Shown: positions 1 through 10,220 of the stretch, piece after piece
How the letters are laid out: each line of letters starts with the position of its first letter
How positions within the stretch are numbered: position 1 is the stretch's first letter
Assembly (NCBI GenBank): GCA_945907065.1
Contig: CAMDSC010000002.1
Span: forward strand, 96,803-160,802
DNA: 64,000 bases
Direction of reading: 5' to 3'
Origin: Chitinophaga pinensis
GTDB taxonomy: Bacteria; Bacteroidota; Bacteroidia; NS11-12g; UBA9320
Notes under the pieces: generated by a model
Told to the model about the DNA's origin: nothing
Databases searched by the model: none
Seen by the model: the letters and a program-made list of their open reading frames with translations, nothing else
Program-made: the position numbers and the translations under genes

Positions 1-1509
1 AGTTGGGGATGATTTAGTAAACAAATTATTCGTTATCATATTACTGTCATTTCCCCAAAACAATGTAGATGCTCCTATAAAAATAGCACCACTTGCTGAG
101 TTGGTATTTGCTGATCGAACTACGCAATTCCGAATTGTATTTCCAATAGCATCGTTTTGCATAGTGATTACTGTTCCTGTAGTACTTGCATTATTAAAAT
201 ACAATTCTCTTGAGGTACCAGAACCACCCGGACGTCCGTCAAAAGTTACTTTATAGGCATTATCCATAATAAATAATGCAGTAGCATTATTACCCGCTAT
301 TACAAGATTTGTAGCTCCTGAAGCTGGTCTAATTGTTAATCTCGGATTATTATTGAGTGAGCCACATATATTGCTGGTAAATTTTGTTATAGTAATTGGA
401 AACGATTCACCAGCACTTGAATAGCTATTCTGTAATTCTAAATTAACATTTCCATTCAATCCCTTTATTTTAAGAGAATCTATGGCCATTTTTATAGATG
501 AAAAATTTCCGGTAGAACCAATAGTATATGTTCCGCTCATTGGCGTTTGCGCTCCATACAAAATCATCGAAGTTAAATTGGTATCATTCGTTTGATTGGC
601 ATCTGATGAGTACTTGGTCCATGACTTAATGGTTAAAGCGCCTTTCATAGCGGCGGTATTTAAAGTTGTAAGATGTATGGTATCCGTAGCACACGAAGCC
701 AAAGTTCTTGTAAAAGTTTTTGTGTAGGTTCCTGAGGCGGCACCTGACAATGTCATCGATACTGGGATTGACGCTGATATGGAATTTGACCCCTGATTTT
801 TAATTTGTACAATAAATGGATCAGAAGCTGCACCGCAAAAATTGCTTGGATTTATTAAACTTGTAATTCCAACGTCATCAGTTCCACTGCTCAATGTAAT
901 GGTATAGTCTTCTGCTTCACCATAGTTATAAACAGTGCAACCATTGTCATTACCTGTGCAAGAACTGTAGGTAGTACGGATACGCATACGGGTCGTTCCT
1001 GAGAAACAACTGGACGGGATAGCCCCACTAAAATAGGTCAGCGAGGTTACACCTGGATTAAGATTACCTGAACCACTGCACCAGCCTGTTGAAATATATT
1101 CACCGGCATCGGCAAAGTCATTATCGGCATTTAAGTCAATCCAAACACCCACACCAACGGCATAAGAAATTCCGGTTGTAAACCCAAAAGAGTAGGTTTT
1201 ACCTGTTTTAAGAGTAAACATTGGTGCACTGCTTAAAAGAGTGTACTGGCCAGCAGATGCCTCACAACCATAATTGGGCGCTCCAGCATGGGCCTTGGTA
1301 TAAACAACGGTGGAACCATCCAAAATTTCAACAGCATTAATCGACATAAAGTAGGTTGTGCAATTACCGCTCTGGCTGTTGTAATCAGGATTACAATATG
1401 GAGATTGTGCCTTGACATAAATTCCTGATATCAAGAATAAAATTAGTATTAAGGATTTTGAAAAAACATAAATTAAATTTTTTGTAACTTGAGTAAATTT
1501 TTTTTTCAT
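1..1509 (-). CDS. Large secreted protein with N-terminal GEVED domain (probable T9SS cargo), 5' part only; runs off the window edge
   Basis: Not in the ORF track. Manual translation from ATG 1509 gives MKKKFTQVTKNLIYVFSKSLILILFLISGIYVKAQSPYC (signal peptide), then VWIDLNADNDFADAGE...TTRMRIRTTY...YGEAEDYTITL (GEVED motif), then beta-rich segments. Confidence 0.8.
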   Translation of the reverse strand, partial: MKKKFTQVTKNLIYVFSKSLILILFLISGIYVKAQSPYCNPDYNSQSGNCTTYFMSINAVEILDGSTVVYTKAHAGAPNYGCEASAGQYTLLSSAPMFTLKTGKTYSFGFTTGISYAVGVGVWIDLNADNDFADAGEYISTGWCSGSGNLNPGVTSLTYFSGAIPSSCFSGTTRMRIRTTYSSCTGNDNGCTVYNYGEAEDYTITLSSGTDDVGITSLINPSNFCGAASDPFIVQIKNQGSNSISASIPVSMTLSGAASGTYTKTFTRTLASCATDTIHLTTLNTAAMKGALTIKSWTKYSSDANQTNDTNLTSMILYGAQTPMSGTYTIGSTGNFSSIKMAIDSLKIKGLNGNVNLELQNSYSSAGESFPITITKFTSNICGSLNNNPRLTIRPASGATNLVIAGNNATALFIMDNAYKVTFDGRPGGSGTSRELYFNNASTTGTVITMQNDAIGNTIRNCVVRSANTNSASGAIFIGASTLFWGNDSNMITNNLFTKSSPT

Positions 1510-1874
1510 ACGTTTCTATTTAGATTTTTTTAGGTTTCTTACTTTTTAAAAGTTTTGTAAAAGAATGTAAAGTGAACCGAATAACAAAATTTTAATTAAC
1601 AAAATATCACTTAAACATTAATTAAAATATTAAGTCATTGATTTACAGTATATAATTTTTTATACCTGTATAATAAACGACAATCTACTTTTTAATTTTG
1701 CTACTCTAATTTTATCTATCAATAGTTCTCCCGTTATTATTGTAAAAACTTATTTTTGCGGCTTGTCTTTTAAAGATAAAACAGAAAGCAAATTATGAAA
1801 TGCCCATGGAAAAGAGGTAACTCAAAAAAAGGCATTCCATATGACAAATGATTAAAAATAAAAATCAATTACAT

Positions 1875-2963
1875 ATGATAGAATATAAAGTAATAGGAGT
1901 AATGTCGGGAACATCAATGGACGGGGTTGACCTGGTTCATTGCACCCTGAATCAAACGAACGGAAAATGGAATTATAAAATCAATGCGGCCAAAACTTTA
2001 GACTATGATGAAAAATGGAGATTACGATTATCTAAACTTCGTTCACAATCGGCTTATAATTTTGTTAGAACCGATCGCTATTATGGCGAGTACATTGGTT
2101 TGTTAATTAATGATTTTTTGCATGAAACTAATCTTACAGCCGATTTAATTTCGTCTCACGGTCACACTATTTTTCACCAACCTGAAAATAATTTAACGAC
2201 ACAAATCGGAGATGGAAATGCAATATCAGCTGTAACCGGTATTCCATCGGTTACCAATTTTAGAGCAATGGATGTAATCCTTGGTGGACAAGGGGCTCCA
2301 TTAGTTGGCATAGGTGATAAACTGCTATTTAGTGAATATGACATGTGTTTAAATATTGGAGGTTTCGCCAACATTTCTGCTAATGTGAATGGAAATTATG
2401 TGGCGTATGACATTTGCCCTGCCAATATTTTATTAAATCGCATTGCTCGCGAGTTTGATATGGAATTTGATGAAGATGGCAAAATAGCTGAAACCGGTAA
2501 AATAGATTATGACCTTTTGGCTAACCTAAATAATATAGGTTACTATAATGAGGCTTACCCTAAATCATTAGGCCGCGAGTGGATAAACCAAAATTTTTGG
2601 GGTATCGTGCGTGAATGCAAAATAGAAAAGCAAGATAAAATGAAAACTTTGGTAGATCATATTGCCGGTCAGATAGGTCAAAACATAGATGATTTGGCCG
2701 ATGGTGATTCATCAAAAATAAAAGTATTAGCAACAGGTGGCGGAGTTCTAAATCCTGTGCTTATTGATTATATTAAATCGAACACTGATGCCGAGATTGT
2801 AGTGCCCGATAATCAACTTATAAATTATAAAGAAGCCTTAGTTTTTGCACTTATGGGTGTATTAAGAATTCAAAACCAACCCAATGTTTTAGCAAGTTTC
2901 ACCGGTGCTGATTCAGATTCAGTGAGTGGTTCATTGCACGGTGATTTTTCTAAGTTGGTTTAA
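1875..2963 (+). CDS. anmK: Anhydro-N-acetylmuramic acid kinase
   Basis: IGVMSGTSMDGVD, SHGHTIFHQP, GGQGAPLV, NIGGFAN and KEALVFA motifs; ATG 1875 preferred over 1848. Confidence 0.93.
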   Translation: MIEYKVIGVMSGTSMDGVDLVHCTLNQTNGKWNYKINAAKTLDYDEKWRLRLSKLRSQSAYNFVRTDRYYGEYIGLLINDFLHETNLTADLISSHGHTIFHQPENNLTTQIGDGNAISAVTGIPSVTNFRAMDVILGGQGAPLVGIGDKLLFSEYDMCLNIGGFANISANVNGNYVAYDICPANILLNRIAREFDMEFDEDGKIAETGKIDYDLLANLNNIGYYNEAYPKSLGREWINQNFWGIVRECKIEKQDKMKTLVDHIAGQIGQNIDDLADGDSSKIKVLATGGGVLNPVLIDYIKSNTDAEIVVPDNQLINYKEALVFALMGVLRIQNQPNVLASFTGADSDSVSGSLHGDFSKLV

Positions 2964-2965
2964 AT

Positions 2966-3118
2966 AGATTTTGAGATATGAGTACAGAGATATGAGAAAT
3001 GTGACTTTGATAAATATATTATTTACCAAAGTTTTTATTTCTAACTAATAAATACTCAATAATCTCATTTTTCAAAGTCTCATATCTCTGTACTTAAAAT
3101 CTCTATACTAAATATCTA
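2966..3118. repeat. Heptamer-repeat long inverted repeat (REPIN/MITE-like hairpin)
   Basis: AGTACAGAGATATGAGA (2981-2997) is a perfect 17-bp inverted repeat of TCTCATATCTCTGTACT (3078-3094); arms are built of 7-mers gagatat/gagtaca/gagaaat. Confidence 0.8.
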
Positions 3119-3123
3119 AAAAA

Positions 3124-4353
3124 ATGACTTCTTTATTAAAAAAATTTGAACATAAACAACCTGAAATTGTATTTGAGTGGAAAGACTCGGAAACAGAAGC
3201 GGAAGGTTGGGTAGTTATCAATTCATTGCGTGGCGGCTCAGCCGGCGGTGGAACCCGAATGAGGAAAGGACTTAATAAACATGAAGTAGTTTCATTGGCC
3301 AAAACCATGGAAGTAAAATTTACAATTGCTGGGCCTCCAATTGGTGGTGCCAAATCCGGCATAAATTTTGACCCAAGTGACCCTCGTAAAAAAGGAGTTT
3401 TGCAACGCTGGTATAAGGCGGTTTACCCTCTATTGAAACATTATTATGGAACCGGAGGCGATTTGAATGTAGATGAAATTCATGAGGTGATTCCAATTAC
3501 TGCTGAATTAGGTTTACTTCACCCACAAGAAGGAACTGTTAATGGGCATTTAAAAAATTATTCGCCTGATGAAAAACTCAAATCTATCAGCCGTTTGCAA
3601 GCTGGAGTAAGTTTAAAAATAACCGATGAACGTTTTTCACCCGATGTAAATCGTGGCTATAATATTTCGGATATGATTACCGGATGGGGAGTAGCCGAAG
3701 CGGTTCGCCACTATTATGAAATTTGGGGCGGCTTAATGAAAGGTAAAATGGCCATCATTCAAGGCTGGGGAAATGTGGCCGCGACTGCCGCTTGGTATTT
3801 GAGTAAAAACGGAGTACTTATAGTTGGTATTCTTGATCGAACTCATGGTTTAATAAATAAACAAGGAATGACTTTTGAAGAAGTGAATGCATTGTTTTTA
3901 AACAAAAAAGGGCACACTTTGGTTTCGGATAATCTAATATCCTTTGAGGAAGCAAACGAACAGATTTGGAGCCTTGGAGCCGAAATTTTTATACCCGCTG
4001 CAGCTTCCCGATTGGTAACCGAACAGAATGTAATACAAATGATAGAAGGTGGCATGGAAGTGATAAGTTGCGGAGCAAATGTTCCATTTGCAGATGAAGA
4101 AATTTTTATGGGAAAAATAAGCCGATTGGCAGATGAAAACATGGCTGTTATTCCTGATTTTATTGCCAACTGCGGAATGGCTCGTGTATTTGCTTACCTA
4201 ATGAAACAAGAAGCTGAAGTTAATGATGTTGCTATATTAAAAGACTCTTCTACAATCATAAAAAGTGCTTTGATGCGGGTTCACCAATTTAACCCTAAAC
4301 ACACGGGTTTATCAAATAAAGCTTTAGAATTAAGTTTAACTGACTTGGTTTAA
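3124..4353 (+). CDS. Glu/Leu/Phe/Val dehydrogenase family protein
   Basis: GGGTRM, KTMEVK, GGAKSGI, GxGNV dinucleotide fold, CGANVPF, IPDFIANCG. Confidence 0.9.
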   Translation: MTSLLKKFEHKQPEIVFEWKDSETEAEGWVVINSLRGGSAGGGTRMRKGLNKHEVVSLAKTMEVKFTIAGPPIGGAKSGINFDPSDPRKKGVLQRWYKAVYPLLKHYYGTGGDLNVDEIHEVIPITAELGLLHPQEGTVNGHLKNYSPDEKLKSISRLQAGVSLKITDERFSPDVNRGYNISDMITGWGVAEAVRHYYEIWGGLMKGKMAIIQGWGNVAATAAWYLSKNGVLIVGILDRTHGLINKQGMTFEEVNALFLNKKGHTLVSDNLISFEEANEQIWSLGAEIFIPAAASRLVTEQNVIQMIEGGMEVISCGANVPFADEEIFMGKISRLADENMAVIPDFIANCGMARVFAYLMKQEAEVNDVAILKDSSTIIKSALMRVHQFNPKHTGLSNKALELSLTDLV

Positions 4354-4386
4354 TTTTAATTAGGAATTTGGAATTGATTGGCAATT

Positions 4387-5004
4387 CTATTTTCTCTTAA
4401 TCTTCACGGGACTTTTTAGAGGCGGCTTGTAATAGGGATTATCTTCTGGAAATTCAAGTTTCAATTCATCCACTATATACCAGTTATTATTAAGCTGAAG
4501 GGCTACAAATTTTATAGTAAACTCCCGTTTTGATTTATGGCAAAATAAGGTGATGTAGGCAAAAGCATTCTCTTTTTCGTCCTTTCCCTCTTCTATTTTT
4601 ACTTTATCTTTTTCACAGGTTTTAAACTTTAATTTATTGGCTTTAGCCTTAGCATTCAAAACTTTAAGCTGCTTGGTAACTCTAAAATTAATTGTGTTAT
4701 ACTTAATCCGTATTACTTGTGGATTGTTCTTTATTTCAAGACTATCAAAGGTTTCTTTTAAAATTGCCAAAGTTGGAATTAAGCTTATAAAATCATCTTT
4801 TGTTTTTTGTTGCAAAGCCCACCAAGCTGTCTCAGCCAATTCTTCTGTAGTTTTAAATTCCCAAACTTTTTGAACCGAGGTATCTGCAATCTCTCCTTCG
4901 GTTTGGGCAAATGAATTACAGGCTATTAAAATTAGAAAAGCAAATCCTACTAGTTTTTTTGATAGGTATTGGAAGGAATTATTTAGAACAAAAAACCAAT
5001 TCAT
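4387..5004 (-). CDS. Hypothetical exported protein
   Basis: 205-aa ORF with a signal-like hydrophobic segment; no family recognised; start uncertain. Confidence 0.6.
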   Translation of the reverse strand: MNWFFVLNNSFQYLSKKLVGFAFLILIACNSFAQTEGEIADTSVQKVWEFKTTEELAETAWWALQQKTKDDFISLIPTLAILKETFDSLEIKNNPQVIRIKYNTINFRVTKQLKVLNAKAKANKLKFKTCEKDKVKIEEGKDEKENAFAYITLFCHKSKREFTIKFVALQLNNNWYIVDELKLEFPEDNPYYKPPLKSPVKIKRK

Positions 5005-5029
5005 AATTTATAACTCATAGTTCATATTT

Positions 5030-7129
5030 CTAATAAGCTCCATTCCTCTTCCTTATAAACCACTCAGCAGTTATCAAAAACAGAATTAAGAAAAATACCC
5101 ACTTTTGGTTAATCAGATCGCGGTAATCTTTTTGTTCATACATTACCGGCTTCACTGTTCCTTGTTTTTTTATTAATTCTGCCAATTTATCCAAATCTTC
5201 AAAAGACACAAATTTTCCGCCTGTGGATGTAGCCAGTTGTTTTAATAGATCATGATTGGCTTTGGTTTCAATATATTCCAATTGCATTGGTTTTACAATT
5301 ACCAAGCCTTTGGCTATTTCATTATTTCCACCACTAATTACAAGGGCTAAATAGGTATAAGTACCTGGAGCTAATATACCTGCATCCAATTTATAAGCAT
5401 TGGTAGTACGGCTAAAATTGTAGTTATAATTTTTACCCTTTTCGTTGGTTAAGGTTAGTTTCACTTCAGCCTTATTTACCAATTCATAACTTTGGTTATA
5501 ATATTCAGCATTGAATTGAACTGGTTCATTTTCATAAAACGTATTTTCTACAGTGTATACTCTAAATTTTCGTTTATCATTCCTAGCCACTAAATATTGA
5601 ATGGATTTACAAATTAAATCATTGCTTACATCGTGGTTATTATTTCGGTCAAAATCAATCAATCGCCACCGCCAAAAACCTTCTCCTGTAAAAAAACCAT
5701 AACGGTTATTATCATCGTCATTAAAATAAATTAAAGGTTGGTCGGTTTTTACACTTCCAATTTGCTGGTAAACCATAATCTGTGATTTATCTTTAAAACT
5801 AAAATTGCCAAATGCTACTGAAAACGGAGGGAAATAAGGCAGATTGGATTTTAAAGCATCACTGGTTTCAAACAAGTAAAAATCCTGATTAATTATACCA
5901 GTAGTTTGATTATACCCGCCTCCTGTTTGGTTAAACATCAATCCAACTTTCAGACTGTTGAATAATGACAGATTTATTTGCCTACCCAAAACAAAAAGTA
6001 AAGGAATTTTATTAACTTTTAATCCTTCAATTAATGGCAAGTTATTATTACCGGCCGGTAATTGATGCAATATTACCAAGTCAAAATCTTTCGCTTTATC
6101 TAGCGAAGGATTCCCCGTCATATCCACCTCCACTTGGTAATTTTTATTCGATTCAATAGCTTGCCTAATAGCCGAAATATCAGGATGAGGACTTCTTGCC
6201 GCAATCAATACTTTTTGCCGAGCATCTATTACTTTAATAAAAAAATCACGGCGATTATTTAGCCATGTTATTTCATCATTTAAATTAGTAAGGATAGCTG
6301 TATAGTGCATCACACCTGGTTTTGATGCTTCTAAATCTACAGTTACCGATTTAAAATCACTCACGCTAGAAGCGGTTATACGAGATTCAAAAACTTTGTT
6401 CTCGCCGTTCAAAATTGAAAGCATATAAGTTTGTCCGGCACATTTATCAGCCTGAACATCAATAATTGCTGGAAATGTATTGTTCAAATACGCAATTGAA
6501 TTGGTTCTGATATTCGAAATTTTTAAATCTTTTTTTGTAATTGTATCACCCAAGCCGACTGTAAATACTGGAAATCTTGTGTTTTTTGAAGCATATACAG
6601 GATTGGTTCCTTTATTATAAATCCCATCACTTATAAGCACCATTCCACCCACATTACTGCCCGAATACACATTGCTCACCTCTTCAAACAAGGCTGAAAT
6701 ATCGGTCTGCTTACCTTTAAAATCAGGCTTATCTTTCACTTCCGGTTTATTACCAAAAAGGTAAGGTTGTACTTTTATTTCATTACCTATTTGGTTTTGA
6801 AAGGTTGTAAAAAAGTTAGTTAATTTTTTGCGATAAAGCGCTGAATCGGCCTGATTAATGATAGATTCAGAATTATCAATAGCCAATATCATTATTGGTT
6901 TTTCTACCTCACTGCTAATATATTTAAGCAAAGGATTGAGCAGCAAAAATGCAATTATACTTACAGATAAAAATCGGATTACTGCTATTACCCAGGTCCA
7001 AAGCTTTTGATTATTATCAAATAAAATGCTATGACCGCGGCCATAAAGCACAAATGCATACCCACCTCCGGCAGCTATACAAAATAAAATGAACCAAAGT
7101 GGATACTCGGTAAAAAACTGGACCGACAT
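5030..7129 (-). CDS. Membrane-anchored VWA-like domain protein (conserved in Bacteroidota)
   Basis: N-terminal TM helices, IDNSESI MIDAS-like motif, ISDGIYN, C-terminal TM ending EWFIRKRNG; start placed at ATG 7129, just downstream of a TATTTTTG promoter box. Confidence 0.75.
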   Translation of the reverse strand: MSVQFFTEYPLWFILFCIAAGGGYAFVLYGRGHSILFDNNQKLWTWVIAVIRFLSVSIIAFLLLNPLLKYISSEVEKPIMILAIDNSESIINQADSALYRKKLTNFFTTFQNQIGNEIKVQPYLFGNKPEVKDKPDFKGKQTDISALFEEVSNVYSGSNVGGMVLISDGIYNKGTNPVYASKNTRFPVFTVGLGDTITKKDLKISNIRTNSIAYLNNTFPAIIDVQADKCAGQTYMLSILNGENKVFESRITASSVSDFKSVTVDLEASKPGVMHYTAILTNLNDEITWLNNRRDFFIKVIDARQKVLIAARSPHPDISAIRQAIESNKNYQVEVDMTGNPSLDKAKDFDLVILHQLPAGNNNLPLIEGLKVNKIPLLFVLGRQINLSLFNSLKVGLMFNQTGGGYNQTTGIINQDFYLFETSDALKSNLPYFPPFSVAFGNFSFKDKSQIMVYQQIGSVKTDQPLIYFNDDDNNRYGFFTGEGFWRWRLIDFDRNNNHDVSNDLICKSIQYLVARNDKRKFRVYTVENTFYENEPVQFNAEYYNQSYELVNKAEVKLTLTNEKGKNYNYNFSRTTNAYKLDAGILAPGTYTYLALVISGGNNEIAKGLVIVKPMQLEYIETKANHDLLKQLATSTGGKFVSFEDLDKLAELIKKQGTVKPVMYEQKDYRDLINQKWVFFLILFLITAEWFIRKRNGAY

Positions 7130-7274
7130 GAATGGCAAAAATAGCGCTAACCGATGGGATTTTTTTGGCAGATTAAGGTAATTTTTTGTCTCAAATTTCA
7201 CAATAACTGAATAACTTAATAACTCCGTAACTCTATTTCTTGTTTTTTATCTATTTTGCTCCAACTTTGTAACT

Positions 7275-7757
7275 ATGAAAAAAATTCTATTTATCTTGAT
7301 TGTTTTTGTAAGCTTTTTTTCAAACGCTCAAAAGATAACCGTACTTGACGATGAAAATGGATTTAGAGATATTCATTTTGGTGATAGTCTTTCGCTTTAT
7401 CCTACCATGAAAGCATTCGAAAAATCCAAGGACAGCAACTTTACTTATTATAGAAAAACAGATGATAGCCTAGTATTTGTAGAAGCAAAAGTTGATATTG
7501 TTTATACGTTTTACAAAGGTCAATTATCAACCGTTTTTGTCCATGCATTAGATTCATTGGGCAGCAGAAAAATTTTAAACTCTTTACAAAAATCATATGG
7601 TCCGGGATATCAACAGGATAAATACATGGAAACTTATCTTTGGTATGGCAGATTGGTCAATCTTTCCTATTATGAAAATGTAAATACATTTTTGGCCAAT
7701 GTATATATTAGCTCAATAAAAATGCAGCTAAAATCAGAAGGCCGAGACAAATATTAA
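7275..7757 (+). CDS. Hypothetical secreted protein
   Basis: Sec signal MKKILFILIVFVSFFSNAQ; 160 aa. Confidence 0.65.
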   Translation: MKKILFILIVFVSFFSNAQKITVLDDENGFRDIHFGDSLSLYPTMKAFEKSKDSNFTYYRKTDDSLVFVEAKVDIVYTFYKGQLSTVFVHALDSLGSRKILNSLQKSYGPGYQQDKYMETYLWYGRLVNLSYYENVNTFLANVYISSIKMQLKSEGRDKY

Positions 7758-7843
7758 ACCATCCATCACTTTTTATATTTAAAAAACTTCTTGTTTTTTT
7801 TGTAATTAATGTCTTTACTTTGTCAAAGTAATGACTTTAAAGT

Positions 7844-10096
7844 ATGAAAAAAAATCTACTTCTTCCATCCATTTTTGTTCTTCTATGTGTTCACTTTAGT
7901 AATTTTTCACTCGGGCAAGGAACCCCTGAAGTATTATACTACAAGTTTAACAATTCAGGTTCATCTGTTCCTAATTTAGCCAGCTCGCCTCCATCGGGCA
8001 CCTCTACCGGAACAGTAAATGGAGCTCTCAGCATTGGCGGCTCAGTTGCATGCGGAAGTACAGCATTGATTGGCTCAGGTGGAACAAGCAATACCGATTA
8101 TTTCGATACTAAATGGGCGACAGCTACTTCAGGATCATGGACAATATCCTTTGTTACCGATAGTATTTTAAATACTACTACCCTATATTATTTATTTAGT
8201 GATATTACGGCTGGCTCATTAAGATGTTTTACAGGTGGTGTAGCAGGTGCTGGAAATTGGATTCTTCGGGGAGGTTTTAATGATGTATTAATAACCGGAG
8301 GAGCTTCAACAAGTGCTGCGGTAAACACATTTGTATATGATGCGGCTGCAAATAATATTTATGCCTATTTAAATGGAAAATTGGTTAATACTGTGGCCCA
8401 AACTAGTTTCACGCAAAGTAGCACTGGTACATTAATTTTATCTGGTTATAATTCTTTGGCCGGATTAACCCCTCGGGGTAAATTGGACGAGTTCAGATTT
8501 TATAGCCATGCATTAACAGCTAAAGAAGTTGCCAGATTAATGTATACAGGAAAATCTAGTGGAACGGTAAACCTTGTGGCTTGTGGTACAACCTTTAAAA
8601 GCCCAAGTGGAAGATTTACCTGGACAAAAAACGGAACCTATTATGATACTATTCCAAATGCTGTGAGTTGCGATAGTTTTATGACTATAAACCTGAGTTT
8701 CAAAAGTCATTCTTATGCCACCATCAACCCTACTGCGTGTGATTATCTTGTTAGCCCAAGCAAAAGTTTTTTATGGACAAAAACCGGAACATATACCGAT
8801 AAATTAAGAAATAAGGCTGGATGCGATAGTATTATTACCGTGAATTTAACTATTAAAAACAGTACAAACTCCTTACTTAAATTAAACAAATGCACTAGTT
8901 ACACAAGCCCAAGCGGAAAATACACTTGGACCACTTCAGGAAAATATTACGATACCATTCCCAACAAAAAAGGATGTGATAGTTTAATGACTATAACACT
9001 TACAATGGGCAAAACCACTACCAATTCGATATCGGTAAAAGCTTGTGATAAATATACAAGTCCGAGTGGAAAAAGAACCTGGACTAATACAGGAACTTAT
9101 AAAGATACAATAATTAATAGCACCGGCTGCGATAGTATTTTAACCATTAGTTTAACTCTAGGTAAAAACACAGCAAGCACAATTATATCAAAGGCTTGTG
9201 ATAAATATAAAAGTGTGAGTGGAAAATACACTTGGCTTACCTCGGGAACATATATGGACACTATTCCAAATAAAAAAGGATGCGACAGCATAATAACGAT
9301 AAAACTAACAGTTAACAAAAGTACTTACGTACAAATTAGTCCTGTTACCTGCGGTAAATATACAAGCCCAAGCGGAAAATATACTTACACATTTTCAAAC
9401 TCATTTTTTGACACTATACCTAATGCCAAAGGATGCGACAGTATTATTTTAATTGATGTAAAGGTTAATCCCAAAACTTCGGCTACAATATCCCGAACCG
9501 TGTGCAAACAATTTGTGAGTCCAAGCAAAAAACATGTTTGGACCATTTCGGGTAAATACTATGATACCATTCCCAATCGCAGAGGATGCGATAGTGTAAT
9601 TACAATTAATCTTACAATTAATAATGCAACTGTAGCTGTTACACAAAAAGGCCCGAGGTTAAAGGCATTGGCCGATGGATTGTTTTATCAATGGTTAAAT
9701 TGTAGTGCTAATTATCAAAAGATATCAGGAGCTACTAATCAAGAATATTTAGCTACAGCTTTGGGTAAATATGCCGTTGAAGTAACCGAAGGAACTTGCG
9801 TTGATACCTCAGTTTGCCTTGATGTAACAAATTTGCAAATTGATAAAAACAGCTATAATAATTCTCTTTTTGTTTTCCCAAATCCTGCTAACGGCCAGTT
9901 TACTATTTCATCAGTCAAACCCTTAAATAATGCTTCAATAAAAGTGATAAACGCTTTGGGTGAAACCATACTACAAAAAAACAACGTATTTGGGAACTCA
10001 GTATTTATTGATATTTCAAGCCATAGCAATGGAATATATTTTATTGAAATTGGCGAAAAAGAAAATTCAGGAAGAGTTAAATTGATTAAATACTAA
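7844..10096 (+). CDS. T9SS type A sorting-domain protein with LamG-like domain and seven 51-aa GCDS repeats
   Basis: Signal peptide; GKLDEFRFYSHALT (LamG-like); tandem repeats; C-terminal VFPNPANGQFTI...GIYFIEI...KLIKY. Confidence 0.85.
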   Translation: MKKNLLLPSIFVLLCVHFSNFSLGQGTPEVLYYKFNNSGSSVPNLASSPPSGTSTGTVNGALSIGGSVACGSTALIGSGGTSNTDYFDTKWATATSGSWTISFVTDSILNTTTLYYLFSDITAGSLRCFTGGVAGAGNWILRGGFNDVLITGGASTSAAVNTFVYDAAANNIYAYLNGKLVNTVAQTSFTQSSTGTLILSGYNSLAGLTPRGKLDEFRFYSHALTAKEVARLMYTGKSSGTVNLVACGTTFKSPSGRFTWTKNGTYYDTIPNAVSCDSFMTINLSFKSHSYATINPTACDYLVSPSKSFLWTKTGTYTDKLRNKAGCDSIITVNLTIKNSTNSLLKLNKCTSYTSPSGKYTWTTSGKYYDTIPNKKGCDSLMTITLTMGKTTTNSISVKACDKYTSPSGKRTWTNTGTYKDTIINSTGCDSILTISLTLGKNTASTIISKACDKYKSVSGKYTWLTSGTYMDTIPNKKGCDSIITIKLTVNKSTYVQISPVTCGKYTSPSGKYTYTFSNSFFDTIPNAKGCDSIILIDVKVNPKTSATISRTVCKQFVSPSKKHVWTISGKYYDTIPNRRGCDSVITINLTINNATVAVTQKGPRLKALADGLFYQWLNCSANYQKISGATNQEYLATALGKYAVEVTEGTCVDTSVCLDVTNLQIDKNSYNNSLFVFPNPANGQFTISSVKPLNNASIKVINALGETILQKNNVFGNSVFIDISSHSNGIYFIEIGEKENSGRVKLIKY
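8560..9620 (+). repeat. Seven tandem 153-bp intragenic repeats
   Basis: Cys codon of the CDS motif at 8669, 8822, 8975, 9128, 9281, 9434 and 9587 (exact 153-nt spacing). Confidence 0.9.
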
Positions 10097-10220
10097 ATAT
10101 TTTAAAAAAAAAATAAAAGCGAACATTTGACTAAACTCTTTTGATCGCTTTTTTATTTACCTTTTGCTTAAATTGCTTGAAACCCACAAGGATTAATCCT
10201 ACTTTTACCATCTGATTTCT

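Noticed and set aside
1233..1418. 61-aa ORF in the track
   Set aside because: Out-of-frame shadow inside the real GEVED-domain gene (1..1509, minus strand)
1498..1506. A9 tract at a gene start as a phase-variation switch (also A8 near 7847)
   Set aside because: Ordinary MKK(K) signal-peptide starts in an AT-rich genome
1510..1870. Possible ncRNA or riboswitch in the long intergenic region
   Set aside because: Very AT-rich with no convincing stems; consistent with divergent promoters
8560..9620. Possible CRISPR or DGR-like repeat array
   Set aside because: The repeats are in-frame 153-nt coding units without spacers; no cas or reverse transcriptase gene; no adenine-specific variation pattern noticed
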